Notes: generated by a model from the sequence alone, not told the origin. 64,000 nucleotides of DNA from Mobula hypostoma (GCF_963921235.1 NC_086097.1:130388001-130452000), one strand, 5' to 3'; numbered from the stretch's first letter, positions 12,116-24,374 are shown. Translations and numbers: made by a program.

Positions 12116-12144
12116 AAGTCAGACAGATGTTGAGAGTCAGGGTT

Positions 12145-12560
12145 ACGGATACAGGTCCTTTGGCTCAATTCATCCATGCAACCATAGTGCTCACGTTTGT
12201 CCGCATTTGTCCCATATCCCTCTAAACTCCTCCTATCCAAGTACGTTTTCAAATGTCTTTTGAATGTTGTTATTGTACCTGCCTCAACCACTTTCTCTGG
12301 CAGCTCATTCTATGTTCACACCACTCTCTGCAAGAAGTTTCACCTCCAAACCCTTTTAAACCTTTCACCTCTTATCTTCAAACTATGCCCTCTGGCTTTA
12401 GTTCCTGTTTCTTTGGAAAAACACTGTGTGCCCCTCTACGTATACCCCTCATGATTTTATGCAGCACTATAAGGCTACCACTCCATATTGTATGTTCTAA
12501 TAAATTCAGACTACCCAACCTCTCTCTGTAACTCAGGCTCTTGAGTTTGGGCAATTGGTG
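12145..12560 (-). mobile_element. CR1 (HER1-like) LINE 3' end
   Basis: Minus-strand peptides LSYRERLGSLNL..GSLIVLHKIMRGI and VEAGTITTFKRHLKTYLDR. Confidence 0.9.
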
Positions 12561-12795
12561 AAAATGCTTGCAGATAGTGGATGTAGTAGAAATATGCAAT
12601 CCAGTCTGGACTTGAGGCAAGGAGGAACAAATGTCCAATTTTAGCTGCTGGGCAAGGGAGAAGGTCGGGACTGAAGCAGTGAAGCAGGAAAGTAAAATTC
12701 GGGAAATTGGAACCTCTTTGAACAAAGCATCTGACTGAAAAAGACACAAACAGAGGTAGAATATTGAAAACATTTCCAAAAAAGGTGAAGTGAGC

Positions 12796-13630
12796 AAATT
12801 TCTACAGATGTACAGTGGAGAGCATTCTAACTGGCTGCATCACTCTCTGCATAGGTCTGTGGTGCAGAAGGGAAAGCGGGAGAAGAGGGAGAAGAGGTGA
12901 GTGGTAGTGATGAGGAACTCAATGGTCAGAGGAAGAGACAGGAGATTCTGTGGACATGAATGGGACTTCCAGATAGCATGTTGCATCCCAGGTGGCATCC
13001 ACTGGTGTCTGCCCATTGCTTCTCCCCCTCTGGAACTATTGCCAGGTCAGCTTCCAGGGAGGACAGATGCTTGTTCCCCTTCCTCGATCTCGATTCTCCA
13101 CAAGGTATAGCCTCTTCACCACACCCTCTCCCCACTGCCTACCCAATACCTAATCTGGTACACCCACCGATACGAGCAGCTAATGCACAGGATTGAAATA
13201 AGCTGCAAAGAATTATAAACTTAGCTCCCTCATGGGCCTAGCCTCTGTAGTATCCAGGATATCTTCAAGGAGCAATGCCTCAAAAAGGCAGCATCTATAT
13301 ATTAAGGACCCCCATCATCCAGAACATGCCCTGTTCTCATTGCTACCATCAGGAAGGAGGTACAGGAACCTGAAGGTACACACTCAACGATTCAGGAACA
13401 GTTTCTTCCCCTCTGACATCCGATTTCTGCATGGACACCGAACCCATGAACACTACCTCACTACTTTTTATTTTTTATTGTTGCATACTTATTTAATTTA
13501 ACCATCCTGTAATACTTACTGTAATTCATGCTTTTTTCCCTCTATTATTATGTGTTGCACTGTACTGCTGCTGCAAAGACAACAAACTTCCTGACACACG
13601 CCGGTGATATTAAACCTGATTCTGATTCCA
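12796..13630 (+). mobile_element. Rex1/Babar 3' fragment interrupted at ~12856-13175 by an insert containing a CR1 ORF1 piece
   Basis: FYRCTVESILTGCIT ... KDPHHPEHALFSLLPSGRRYRNLKVHTQRFRNSFFPS; tail ends AAACCTGATTCTGATTC. The insert encodes VVMRNSMVRGRDRRFCG..CCIPG (CR1 ORF1 esterase-like). Confidence 0.85.
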
Positions 13631-14229
13631 ATTTTGAATGGGCAAGATGATGGCAGATGGCATACAACAAGGAATTATTCAAAATCATTGGATTTGGTTA
13701 AATAAAATAAAAACACTAAGAGGTTATATTTAAACAGTGAGAAATTGGGAGACGTTGGTATTTAGAAGGGCCTACGTCTCCTTGTAGCCAAATTTACTAA
13801 AAGAAGATCAATTACCAAAATTTAACATGTTAAATCAACAAGCAATTGATATGTTTGCCTTGAGTAAAAGAAGACCTCTATACTAGAGCAGAGACACCCG
13901 GCTTTAATTACTCAGTGCCCTGGTGAGATTGCATCTGGAAAACTGTATACAAGTCTGGTCCTCCTCGCTAAGGAGGCAGGACTTGTGGTAAATGGAGGCC
14001 AGTGAGGGTACGCCAATTTTATTTCTGGGATGTGAATATTTCATATAAGGAGAGATTCAGTAGACTAGGCCTATCACTTTATTCCAGAACAACACCAGGA
14101 ATTCAAATTTGATCAATTTTAATAGTTACCCTTTCAACTAATGTGTATTAGACCTGCCAACTTCTTCCTTCCTGAGGGACTTCTTCTGACCTGGGAGACT
14201 TCTCCCAGTCTGTCAGTGAAACAAGTTAA

Positions 14230-14915
14230 TTTCTTCTCTTTTAATGTCTCTTTTTCCCTTTTTCCAGGTGGTCGGAGTCCTGTTGGAGTCCATGATCTAC
14301 AGCTGCACTCAAACTGTGATTCTTCACTGGGGTGGGTTCTCACTGACGGAACTCGCTGAGCAGCCTTGCGTTTTCCATATCTCCAGCTGCCACCTGGAAG
14401 ACATGTGCCTTTGGGGTGCAGTTCTGTAGACCACTCGATTCCTTGCTGGTGTTGCCAACTGAAGCGTTGTAGAAGATTGAAACAGTATACGCTCTTATCA
14501 AAAGAAGGCCCTCAAGTTGTGGGATCTCAAATATGCGATGCTGCAGATTGTAACATTGGAACAGCGAACTGTTGGTCTTCCTCTCTTATGTTGCAGGAGT
14601 GATATCTCTAGCTCCCTCGCCAGTGAGAGAGAGAGAGAGAGAGTCTGTCTGAGATGTCAAAGTGTTGGGATGGACAGTAGTTTCTGAGGGTCTCCAGATC
14701 ATGGTTTCTGGGGGGCTTTGTTATTGCTTGCATGGTGGGTGGTGGGGGTGGATGCTTTTGCTGGAGAAAGTGGGGGGAGAGTTGATGCTTTTGCTACAGC
14801 TGGTGCATTGGAGGGGAAGGAGGGCTTTGGGTTTCTAACACTTTCTGCCATTCATTCTTTGGGTTTTTTTTCTGTTTCGTGGATGTCTGCGATACTCTGA
14901 TATTAAGTTGAACCT
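14230..14915 (+). mobile_element. Non-autonomous retroelement with a GC-rich body, a (GA)n tract and a Rex1-like tail
   Basis: Architecture similar to 7440-8010. Ends TTCTGTTTCGTGGATGTCTGCG..TTGAACCTT. No coherent ORF. Confidence 0.45.
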
Positions 14916-15884
14916 TTTTTAAAGTAATGATGTGATGAACCTCCATTCCACCAATCTCCAAACCTTGTGCATACTCTTGCTGAATATTGCACCGTTAACA
15001 GTTGTAAAGCCCTGGCTAATGAGTGACTAACTGTGACAGTGTGAGCAGAGCTCAAACCTCATGGGGGCCGGATATAAAAAGAAAGAATGGACAATATTTT
15101 GGGACAGAATTGTTAGTCTTTTTGACATCTGAATAGTGAGAAAAATATTTAGAGAAAACACTAGAAGTTCATGTCAATCTCTTTCCAGCCGTTCTTGGCT
15201 AGGAGAAAGCAAATAGATTGGAAGAAAACATAAATAACATGGATGGATGGGGAAAACTGATGACGGGTGGTAGGAAGAAGTTTGGATAGTGTTAGTGGAA
15301 TGGGCCATGGAGTAATAAATAATTGGAACCTAAACTAAATTGCCAACTATTGAAAGTCCAAATCCTTTGAAAAAGCATTGAAACTGAATGGAAAGTGGGC
15401 TCAGGTTTAATGTTGCTTGATCAGTTGCAATGTTGCAAGTTTATTCTATAGAGTAGGATTAGAGATTAAAAATGAAAATTGATACTATAAACTCTAGTAC
15501 ATAAATTCACATTCTGAATATTTTTGGAAGGCTTTCAAAAGGCGGGGGAACAGTTTGATGGATATGAGAAATATACATTTCTTAACTGATACATTCTTCT
15601 ACTAATATCCACCTTTATAAAACTTGACACTCTCAATCATTTTTTTTCCTGTTTTTACTAAACTGTACGTAATGAAAGATTATGCACTATACTTTATCCA
15701 TAATTGACCTGCCATTATCTGGTCTCTTACCACTTTTCATTCTGTATCTCCCATCTTACACGATGGTTCTTTCCATCTGACTGCCCATCCTAACATGATT
15801 ACATCAGCAAACTGGATCAATTTGAGCTGGTGTCTAAGTATAAGTCAGTGATAGAAGTTGGAAACAACCATGTTCCCAATACTA

Positions 15885-16700
15885 GAGATATAAGAGACTG
15901 TAGATATTGGAATTTGGACTCTAGAATAAAAACAAACAACTGCTGGGGAGCTCAGTTGATCTGTGAAGGGAAACAGATAGTTGCCATTTTGGTTTGAGAC
16001 TGGATGCAGGTGCTGCCTCAACCTAAGATATATTAACTGTCCATTTCCCTCCACAGATGGGGTCATAGAGAACTACAGCTCAGAGAGAGGTCCTTTGGCT
16101 TACCTGGCAAATGTCGAACTATTATTCTGCCTAGTCCCATTGACTGCAATCTGGACCATAGCCCTTCATTCCCCTCCTATCCATGTATGTATCCAAACTT
16201 CTCAAATATCAACATTCACTAATTCAGTCGATAACGTGTTCCACAAGCTCTCACCACCCCCTGAGTAAAGAAGCCCCTCTTCATGTTCTCCTTAAACATT
16301 TCACCTTTCTCCCTTAACCCACGACCTATAAGTCTAGTCTTATCCAACCTCAGAGGAAAGAGCCTGCTTGCATTTATCCCATGTATACCCCTCATCATTG
16401 TGTATATTTTTATCAAAACTCTCCTCATTTGCCTATGCTCCAGGAAATAAAATGATAATCTATTCAACATGGGTCCTCAAACCCCAAGGTTAATCTTTGA
16501 AAATTTTCTGTGTACTCTCTCAATCTTATTGATTGCTTTCATGTAGGTAGGTGAGCAGAACTGCACACTATACTGCAAATTAGGCTTCAACAACATTTTA
16601 TACAACTACAACATATAATCCCAGCTCCCGTGTTCAATAGTTTGATGCTGCTGATCTGTTGAGTTCCTCTAGCAGTTTGTTTCTTATGCTCCAAACAGCA
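15885..16700. mobile_element. Fold-back Penelope-derived short element split by a CR1 insertion
   Basis: The head AAACAACTGCTGGGGAGCTCAG is the inverse of the tail TGAGTTCCTCTAGCAGTTTGTTT. CCACAGATG|CTGCTGATCTG rejoins across 16060-16645. Confidence 0.65.
16060..16645 (-). mobile_element. CR1 LINE 3' fragment
   Basis: Peptide LNRLSFYFLEHRQMRRVLIKIYTMMRGI. Same subfamily as 37265-38090. Confidence 0.9.
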
Positions 16701-17723
16701 CACAGTGTCCAGCATGGACATCACACTCAGGTGTCCTCCTGTCCTTTGAAGTGGAGCAGTTATTTTCTGTTTTGTTATGCAGATATTGATCCCAAAGTTC
16801 TGAAAAAAGTCACTATAGATTAGAGCTTAACCAGTAACATCTCATCAAGTGTCACCCATCCACAGCACCTTTGAGGCTAGTGTTAATTCCCCAAAGAATA
16901 AGACAGGTGGTATCTCACTTTAAATCTGTATTATTCATTGTTTCAATTGAGCAAATTCACCTCATGATTACAGGTATGAATCAGTCCCATTATTATGCAC
17001 AGGGTTGAAGTTAAGATCAAGAGGGGCCTGCAAATGCTAGTGTTTAATTTGTCAGCACTTTTGACACCATGAACATCACTCTCAATGCAGCAGAAATCCT
17101 ACCACACAGCTCACATTGCCCTTAGTTTGAGACATCACCCGCATTATCCACAGCACCATATATTTAAACCAAGTATCTCCCTTTTCCCCACTTGGCATTA
17201 ACTGTTCTCGGCTATTTTAGTTCAGGAATTCAGTTTGTTGCCATTGTTTTTTTCATTGATTTATACCTAAAAATTGGAGATGGGGCCAAAGCTAAAAGAT
17301 GAAACTTTATTCTCAATCCAATTTTAGCTTACAGCTTCCATCTGCGACTATTTGGCTGCAGTCCCTCTTTACCTTCTTAGTATCTCTGGTTTCTCAACCA
17401 CAAGCACAGTTTATGCTGGCATGCAATTAGCATTCATATGCACAGCATTAATTGGGAAACAGAATATCACCACAGGCTCCCTTCATATCCTGCATTCACA
17501 TAGATCAAGCAGGTGCCAGGATCAAGAAGATAAAAGGAAGAAAGTAAGCCAATTCATGGGAGTGTTGCTCATTTCATGACTCTGGTTAGAATAATTTCTG
17601 CTTTGTTTTTCAGTAAAAAAATATGTGCTATTGAATTACTCATAGTAAGAATCTGGAGTTCCACCTGCTGTCTTTAGTGACTCTTAATTCAATAAATCAG
17701 AATTGGAGCTCAGCAGTCAAATC

Positions 17724-18000
17724 ATGGCACAGAAGCGTAGTGGTTAGCACCACACTTTACAGTACCAGTGACTGGGATTCAATTCCCGGCATTGTCTGTG
17801 AGGAGTTTGTCCGTTCTCCCCATGACTGCGTGAAGTTCCCCTGGGGCTCCGGTTTCCTCCCACAGTCTCATGACGTACTGATTGGTAAATTAATTGGCCA
17901 TTGATAATTCCCCTGTGATGAGGTTGAAACTAGGTGTTGCTGGGCTGCGCTGTTCAAAGGGTTGGAAGGTCCTGTTCCATGCTGTCCCTCAATAATAAAT
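17724..18000 (+). mobile_element. tRNA-derived SINE (HE1-like)
   Basis: TGGCACAGAAGCGTAGTGGTTAGCAC..GGGATTCAATTCCCGGC..GAGTTTGTCCGTTCTCCCCATGAC..CTCCGGTTTCCTCCCACAG and a CR1-like tail GAAGGTCCTGTTCCATGCTGT. Confidence 0.85.
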
Positions 18001-18559
18001 TAACTAAATAAAATCAAACAAGCCTCTCAGGATGACAGAAGGGGCAACGAGTGAAGAAAGACCTGGATTTACACAGTGTGACCACATTCTGATATTCCAC
18101 AGTGATCCACTTGTCGCAATGTGTGGTGGCAATGTCGGAACCCAGGCGTGGAGGAAAGACAGACTGCAATATAGAGATGGCAAACCCAGTTTATTCATAA
18201 GAATTCCGGCAGAACATCAGTGGCTTGATCGAGTGACACCATGAGATGTAACATTCGCAAAACTAGGACCACACGATTAGCACCTGATCAGATATCCGCT
18301 TAAATGATGCAAGTGACATGTAATCCCTGAGCCTATCAAAATAAACTTAACGAGTTCAAAGAGAAAGCACCAAGAGACTGCATTATCAAGAGCGAGTTGC
18401 TCGAGAAAAAAACACAAGGAGCTCTAAACGATTAATGACTCTTTTAAAGCAACAATTAGCCAATTCAGTGCTCTTAAAAACCTTGGAGTCCAATGCTCTC
18501 CGGCTCCCTGCACAAGCCTGAAGAGCTCATTACACTATTGCCAATGAACAGAAAAACAC

Positions 18560-19730
18560 ACAAAGAAAATAGGAGCTGTGGAAGACTCCTTGGCCCCTCA
18601 AGCCTGCCCTGTCATCCATAGGACCATGGCTGATCTGCCCTAGTCCTCGTCTTCCCTTCTGTGCCTGTTCCCCATTGTTCTTAATTCCCTGATCTCTCAA
18701 ATGTTTATATATTTCTTCTAGTTTTTTTTAGATCACTGGAAGAAGTCGGTAAACTTTTATCTATAGTGATTACAAACCTCCAGAGTAGAGAATTCCACTG
18801 ATGCAGCAAGCTCTCAAGATGCACTTTGGTTTTAAATAGTCATTCCCGTTTCCTGAAATGATGATCCCTCTTTCCACACCCTCCTACAAATGGAATGATC
18901 TCAACCACTACCCTTGTCATGCACCCCACTGAATCGTATATGCTCCAATATGATCTCTCCTCATTTTTGAAAAGTCCAAAGAACAAAGATGCATTTATTT
19001 AATCATTTTTGAAAGGACAAGCCTCTCACCTCAGGAATTAGCCCAGCAAACCTCTTTTGAACTTTTTTCAATGGCAGCTTACCCTTTCTTAAGTAAGGGG
19101 ACCAAACTATACAAGGTACTCCATTTGTGACATTACTAATACTTTATCAGGTATAACAAAACTTCTTTATTTCTAAGCTCCAATCCTCCTGCAATAAAGA
19201 CCCGCATGCATTTTCCTTTCCTGATGGTGTGCTACATCTTTCTGCTAACCTATTGTTATTCATGTACAAGAACAATTAGATGGTTTCTGTACCTATTTTT
19301 GGTCTCTCTCCATTAAGGTAATACAGTAATCTGACTTTCGATTTGCCCTACCGCAGTGCATGACCTTACACTTTCCCACGATGAACTTCACTTGCCAAGT
19401 TTTCTCCCACTCACTCAGCTTATCTATATCTTCCTTCAGATAGTTAAACATCTTCTTTGCAGCCTATCCTCCCACTTGTTTTTGTACCGTCAGAAAACCT
19501 GGATAGATTACACTTCTCCTCTCCTGCAAGTCATTAGCATAGATCATTAACAATTGGTGGCCAAGAAATCTTTGCAGCACTACCACAGTTAAGTCTTCCA
19601 GCATGAAAAAGATCCATTTTTTTCAACTCCATGCTAACTACTCTTCAATCCATGTTAATGAACCTCCTCCAATTGTGTGAGTTCTTATTTTGTGTAATAG
19701 CCTATCACGTAGCAGCTTATCAATTGCTTC
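18560..19730 (-). mobile_element. Old CR1 LINE, RT to 3' end
   Basis: 3' terminus AAATAGGAGCTG..TGGCCCCTCAAGCCTGC..CATGGCTGATCT. RT-region remnants extend to ~19730. Confidence 0.75.
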
Positions 19731-19789
19731 TACGTGTGGGCATTTCTGTAGTGTGGAGAGACACCATGCTCACTTTTCACATGAAGCCA

Positions 19790-20030
19790 CTGACTGCAAC
19801 AAGATAATGTCAAATCAATCTGCATAAATTGTGATGTGAATCAAGAGAGCAGTATTGGCCTGACAATCAGAAAGCACTCGACCACTCTTTTTGAGATACT
19901 GTCATCAGATCCTTTACATCCACCTGAATAGACAGACTGAGATTTGGTTCAATCCCTTGTTTGAAAAATGATACCGCTAGCATTGCAGCACTCTCTCAGA
20001 ACATCACATGAATTTCAGCCTCAAGTTAGG
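19790..20030 (-). mobile_element. Decayed Deu-domain SINE
   Basis: GATCCTTTACATCCACCTGA..GGTTCAATCCC..TTGAAAAATGATACC..TGCAGCACTCTCTCAG is the reverse of the Deu core. Confidence 0.6.
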
Positions 20031-20942
20031 GCACCATTGTACTCGATAGCTCAACAACAGGGAATACAAGAAGTCTTTTATTGCGTGTTGCCTGATGCCA
20101 AGACTCCTGATCAGCTTATGAAGACTCTTCAGTGCATGCAGATGAGGAAACTGGCACCACAACACAAGGGAAGCAGCAGAACTCTGCATATTACAAACAT
20201 TAAGCCAGTTTTTGTATGGCATGCCACTCAAGTACTTCAGCACATGTACTGTATAAAATGCAGTATCACCTAGTTGTAGTGAAAAATAATTAAAATATTA
20301 TTGCAAACAAAAATGTATAGTGCTGCTGTTAAAAGTAAAGCATGATCGACACTGAGCAAAGACCATGCCCGGGTGTAATCAACCAACCAAACTTTAGAAA
20401 ACAATTAACAGTTATGCACATTAATTCACTTATTTCAATTATTAAACAAAATAATTCGGCTGCAATAGAATGGTAACATGTCCACCAATTCAGAAAAACT
20501 ACAACTAAAAACTATACGGTTAAAAACTAAAATTTTAAATAATCTTTATGCTTAGATGAATTTCCCCATACCTAAAGCATTGATTATATTCCATATCTTT
20601 AAAGATTGCATGGGACTTAAGTGTTCAGGTAGAAGCTTGCATCACATCCATCTGAAAGAATTCTGATGTACAGTATTTATAGAAGGGCTTACAAATTTGC
20701 TCTGTGGGTTTTAAATGTAGAAATTTCTCTTCTATGCTTTGTACTCATAACACTTGAATCAAGTTTGGTACAGAATATACTAAGTAAAGAATGCTCGTTA
20801 ATTAAATCATTCCTGATTTGTCTATAGTCAATATTTCTATTCAATGATTGCAAATGAGGTTAATAATATAACCTAGCAGAAACATGGCTAAATTATGAAC
20901 TTGGACTGATCAGTAAGTATTGCAGTCCAACACAGGTACATA

Positions 20943-21430
20943 CACTCAATGGCCACTTAATTAGATACCACTCGTACCTAAGAAAGTGGCGACTGGTGCA
21001 TGTTCATGATCTTCTGATGCCGTAGTCCATCCACCTCAAGATTCAATGTGATGTACATTCAGAGATGTTCTTCTGCATACCATTGTTGTAATGCATGGCC
21101 ATTTGAGCTGCTGTTGCCTTCCTGTCAGCTTGGACTAGTCTGGCCATTCTCCTCTGACTTATCTCATTAACAAATCATTTTCGCCCACAGAACTGCTGAA
21201 CACAGGGTGTTTTTTTGTTTCTCACACAATTCTCTGTAAACTCTAGAGACTGTTGTGAGTAAAAATCTCAGATCAGTAGTTTCTCAGACACTCCAAACAC
21301 TCCCGTCACTTACATCACATTTCATCCCCATTCTGATAATTGGTCTGGATAACAATCGAACCTCTTGACTATGCCTACATGCTTTTATACATTGAGTTGT
21401 AGTTACATGATTGGTTGATTAGAGATTTGC
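20943..21430 (-). mobile_element. Tc1-like DNA transposon remnant (N-terminal HTH region of the transposase)
   Basis: TA|CACTCAATGGCCACTTAATTAGATAC terminal repeat. Minus-strand peptides MGMKCDVSD..TTVSRVYRELCEKQK..QRRMARLVQADRKAT, ATG at 21331. Confidence 0.85.
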
Positions 21431-22234
21431 TCCTCTGTCTGCGTCAGTGACTGCAAATCGAAGCCTGACATATCAAATTATCTAAACTGTGCAGCATCAG
21501 CCTGCACTACAGCTCACCATAGTGAATACTGTTGGCCATCTTTCAAACTAGATGGAAGAACATTTCACCAGAGAATTCACACTTAGCGAGGAACAGCACC
21601 TGAATCTATACAAATCTACATTGATTCAACTGGAACAATGAACATTTCTCACCCAGTTCCCCAACAACACTTAGTATTCAACCAACCACTGGGTTCAGTA
21701 TTCAGGTCTTAACTAGAAGTACAGACCTTTTCATTATATTTATGCCACAATTCCACTGCAACTTCTTTTGGAAAAGCATAAAATTTGCAATTACCTTGAC
21801 CTGTTTTTGAAGTTTCAAGCAAATAACAACGACTGTATCGGCATGGTAGTCATCACAGTTAAAATTTGAAAAAGAAATTGAAAATGACTGTGTGGCTAGG
21901 CATACTGTAGCTCAAATGGCATCTATAACTTTGCCAATGATACTATCACTGTAGGCAGAATCTCAGATGGTGATGAGAGGGCGTACTGGAGTGAAATATA
22001 CCAACTAGTTCAGTGGTGTTTTACCAATAACCTTGCACTCAACATTAGTAAGACCAAAGAGCTCATTGTGGACTTCAGAAAGGGAAGAACGAAGGAACAC
22101 AAACCAATCCTCATAGAGTGATCTGAAGTGGAGAGAGTAAGCAATTTCAAGTTCCTGGATGTCAAGATCTCAGAGGACCACCTGTTCACAACATATTGAT
22201 GCAGCTATAAAGAAGGCAAGACAGTGGCTATATT

Positions 22235-23195
22235 GTCCAACATATAATTCTCCATAACTTCCGCCACCTCCAACGGGATCCCACCACTAAGCACATCTTT
22301 CCCTCCCCCCCTCTCTCTGCATTCCGCAGGGATCGCTCCCTACGCGACTCCCTTGTCCATTCGTACCCCCCATCCCTCCCCACTGATCTCCCTCCTGGCA
22401 CTTATCCTTGTAAGTGGAACAAGTGCTACTTCCTCCCTTACCACCATTCAGGGCCCCAGACAGTCCTTCCAGGTGAGGCGACACTTCACCTGTGAGTCGG
22501 CTGGGGTGATATACTGCGTCTGGTGCTCCCGATGTGGCCTTCTATATATTGGCGAGACCCGATGCAGACTGGAAGATCGTTTCACTGAACACCTAAGCTC
22601 TGTCCACCAGAGTAAGCAGGATCTCCCAGTGGCCACACATTTTAATTCCACGTCCTATTCCCATTCTGATATGTCTATCCACAGCCTCCTCTATGGTAGA
22701 GATGAAGCCACACTCAGGTTGGAGGAACAACACCTTATATTCCGTCTGGGTAGCCTCGAACCTGATGGCATGAACATTAACTTCTCAAACTTCCATTAAT
22801 GCCCCACCTCCCCCTCGTACCCCATCCGTTACTTATTTATATACACACATTCTTTCTTTCTCTCTCCTTTTTCTCCCTCTGTCCCTCTGACTATACCCCT
22901 TGCCCATCCTCTGGGTTCCCCTCCACCCTTGTCTTTCTTCCCGGACCTCCTGTCCCATGATCCTCTCATATCCCCTTTGCCAATCACCTGTCCAGCTCTT
23001 GGCTCCATCCCTCCCCCTCCTGTCTTCTCCTATCATTTTGGATCTCCCCCTCCCCCTCCCACTTTCAAATCCCTTATTCACTCTTCCTTCAGTCAGTCCT
23101 GACGAAGGGTCTCAGCCTGAAACGTTGACTGTACCTCTTCCTACAGATGCTGCCTGGCCTGCTGCGTTCACCAGCAACGTTGATGTGTGTTGCTT
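22235..23195 (+). mobile_element. Penelope-like element, 5'-truncated: linker, GIY-YIG endonuclease, 3' UTR with hammerhead
   Basis: VQHIILHNFRHLQRDPTTKHIFPSPPLSAFRRDRSLRDSLVHS; after a frameshift, FTCESAGVIYCVWCSRCGLLYIGETRCRLEDRFTEH..PVATHFN..RLEEQHLIFRLGSLEPDGMN; stop at 22799. Confidence 0.95.
23094..23131 (+). ncRNA. Minimal type-I hammerhead ribozyme motif (Penelope-associated)
   Basis: CAGTC-CTGACGA-AGGGTCTCAGCCT-GAAA-C-GTT-GACTG: stem I CAGTC/GACTG, CUGANGA and GAAA boxes, NUH triplet GUU. Confidence 0.75.
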
Positions 23196-23682
23196 ACTTA
23201 AGACATCTACAGACGTACTGTGGAGAACATTCTAACTGATTGCATCAGCATCTGGAACGGGGAGGTGGGGGGGGACGTCTACTGCACAGGATCGAAGTGA
23301 ATTGAAGAAAGTTGTAAATTTAGTCAGCTCCTTCATGGATATTAGCCTCTGTAGTATCCAAGACATCTTCACGGATTGGTGCTTCAGGAGTTGCGTCCAT
23401 CATTAAGGACTCCCCCACCACCCAGGACATGCCCTCTTCTCGTTGTTACTGTCAGTTAGGAAGTACAGAAGTCTGACGGCACACATTCAGTGATTCAGGA
23501 ACAATTCTTCCCCTCTGCCATCGATTTCTAGTTGGACATTGAACCCATGAACACCACCTCATTACCTTTTTTAAATTTATTTCTCTTTTTTGCACTACTT
23601 ATATTAACTTAACTATTTAATATACATTATATACTTACTGTAATTCAGTTTTTTCCTGTATTTATCATGTATTGCAAAGTAC

Positions 23683-24308
23683 TTGCATAATTAAAATAAA
23701 ATATTGCATACACATCACCGAGGATCTTATGTGGTCTATACATACCAACTGTCTGGTGAAAAAAGCACAACTGCATCTCCTTCACCTCAGACGGTTGAAG
23801 AAGTTTGTTATGGGCCCCCAGGTCCAAAGAACTTTCTACAGGGGCACAATTGAGAGCATCCTGACTGGCTGCATCACTGCCTGGTATGGGAACTGTACTT
23901 CCCTCAATCGCAGGACCCTGCAGAGTGTGGTGCGGACAGCCCATTGCATCTGTAGTTGTGAACTTCCCACTATTCAGGACATTTACAAAGACAGGTGTGT
24001 AAAAAGGGCCCGAAGGATTATCGGGACCCGAGTCACCCCAACCACAAACTGTTCCAGCTGCTACTATCCGGGAAACGGTACCGTAGCATAAAAGCCAGGA
24101 CCAACAAACTTCTTCCACCAGGCCATCAGACTGATTAACTCATGCTGACACAACTGTATTTCTATGTTATATTTACTATCCTGTTGTACATACTGTACTA
24201 CTTATTATAAATTACTATAAATTGCACATTGCACATTTAGACAGAGACGTAACGTAAAGATTTTTACTCCTCGTACATGAAGAATGTAAGTAATAAAATC
24301 AATTCATT
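23683..24308 (+). mobile_element. Nested Rex1/Babar 3' fragment (relatively well preserved)
   Basis: HITEDLMWSIHTNCLVKKAQLHLLHLRRLKKF..FYRGTIESILTGCITAWYGNCTSLNRRTLQSVVRTA. Confidence 0.9.
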
Positions 24309-24374
24309 ACTGCTGCTGCAAAGTTAACACATTTCACGACATATGCCAGTGATACTAAACCGGATTCTGATTTA

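Larger units (their letters stand above)
21925..24372 (+). mobile_element. Rex1/Babar LINE 3' part hosting a Penelope insert (22235-23195) and a second Rex1 (~23683-24308)
   Basis: FANDTITVGRISDGDERAYWSEI..NNLALNISKTKELIVDFRK. Resumes at 23196 (YRRTVENILTDCI). The tail resumes at ~24309 and ends AAACCGGATTCTGAT. Confidence 0.85.

Noticed and set aside
17724..17800. tRNA gene (also at 9185 and 31183)
   Set aside because: These are tRNA-derived SINE heads that continue into SINE core and tail, with no complete cloverleaf.
22353..22799. Stand-alone GIY-YIG nuclease gene
   Set aside because: It is a 5'-truncated, frameshifted Penelope ORF end with no true start codon.
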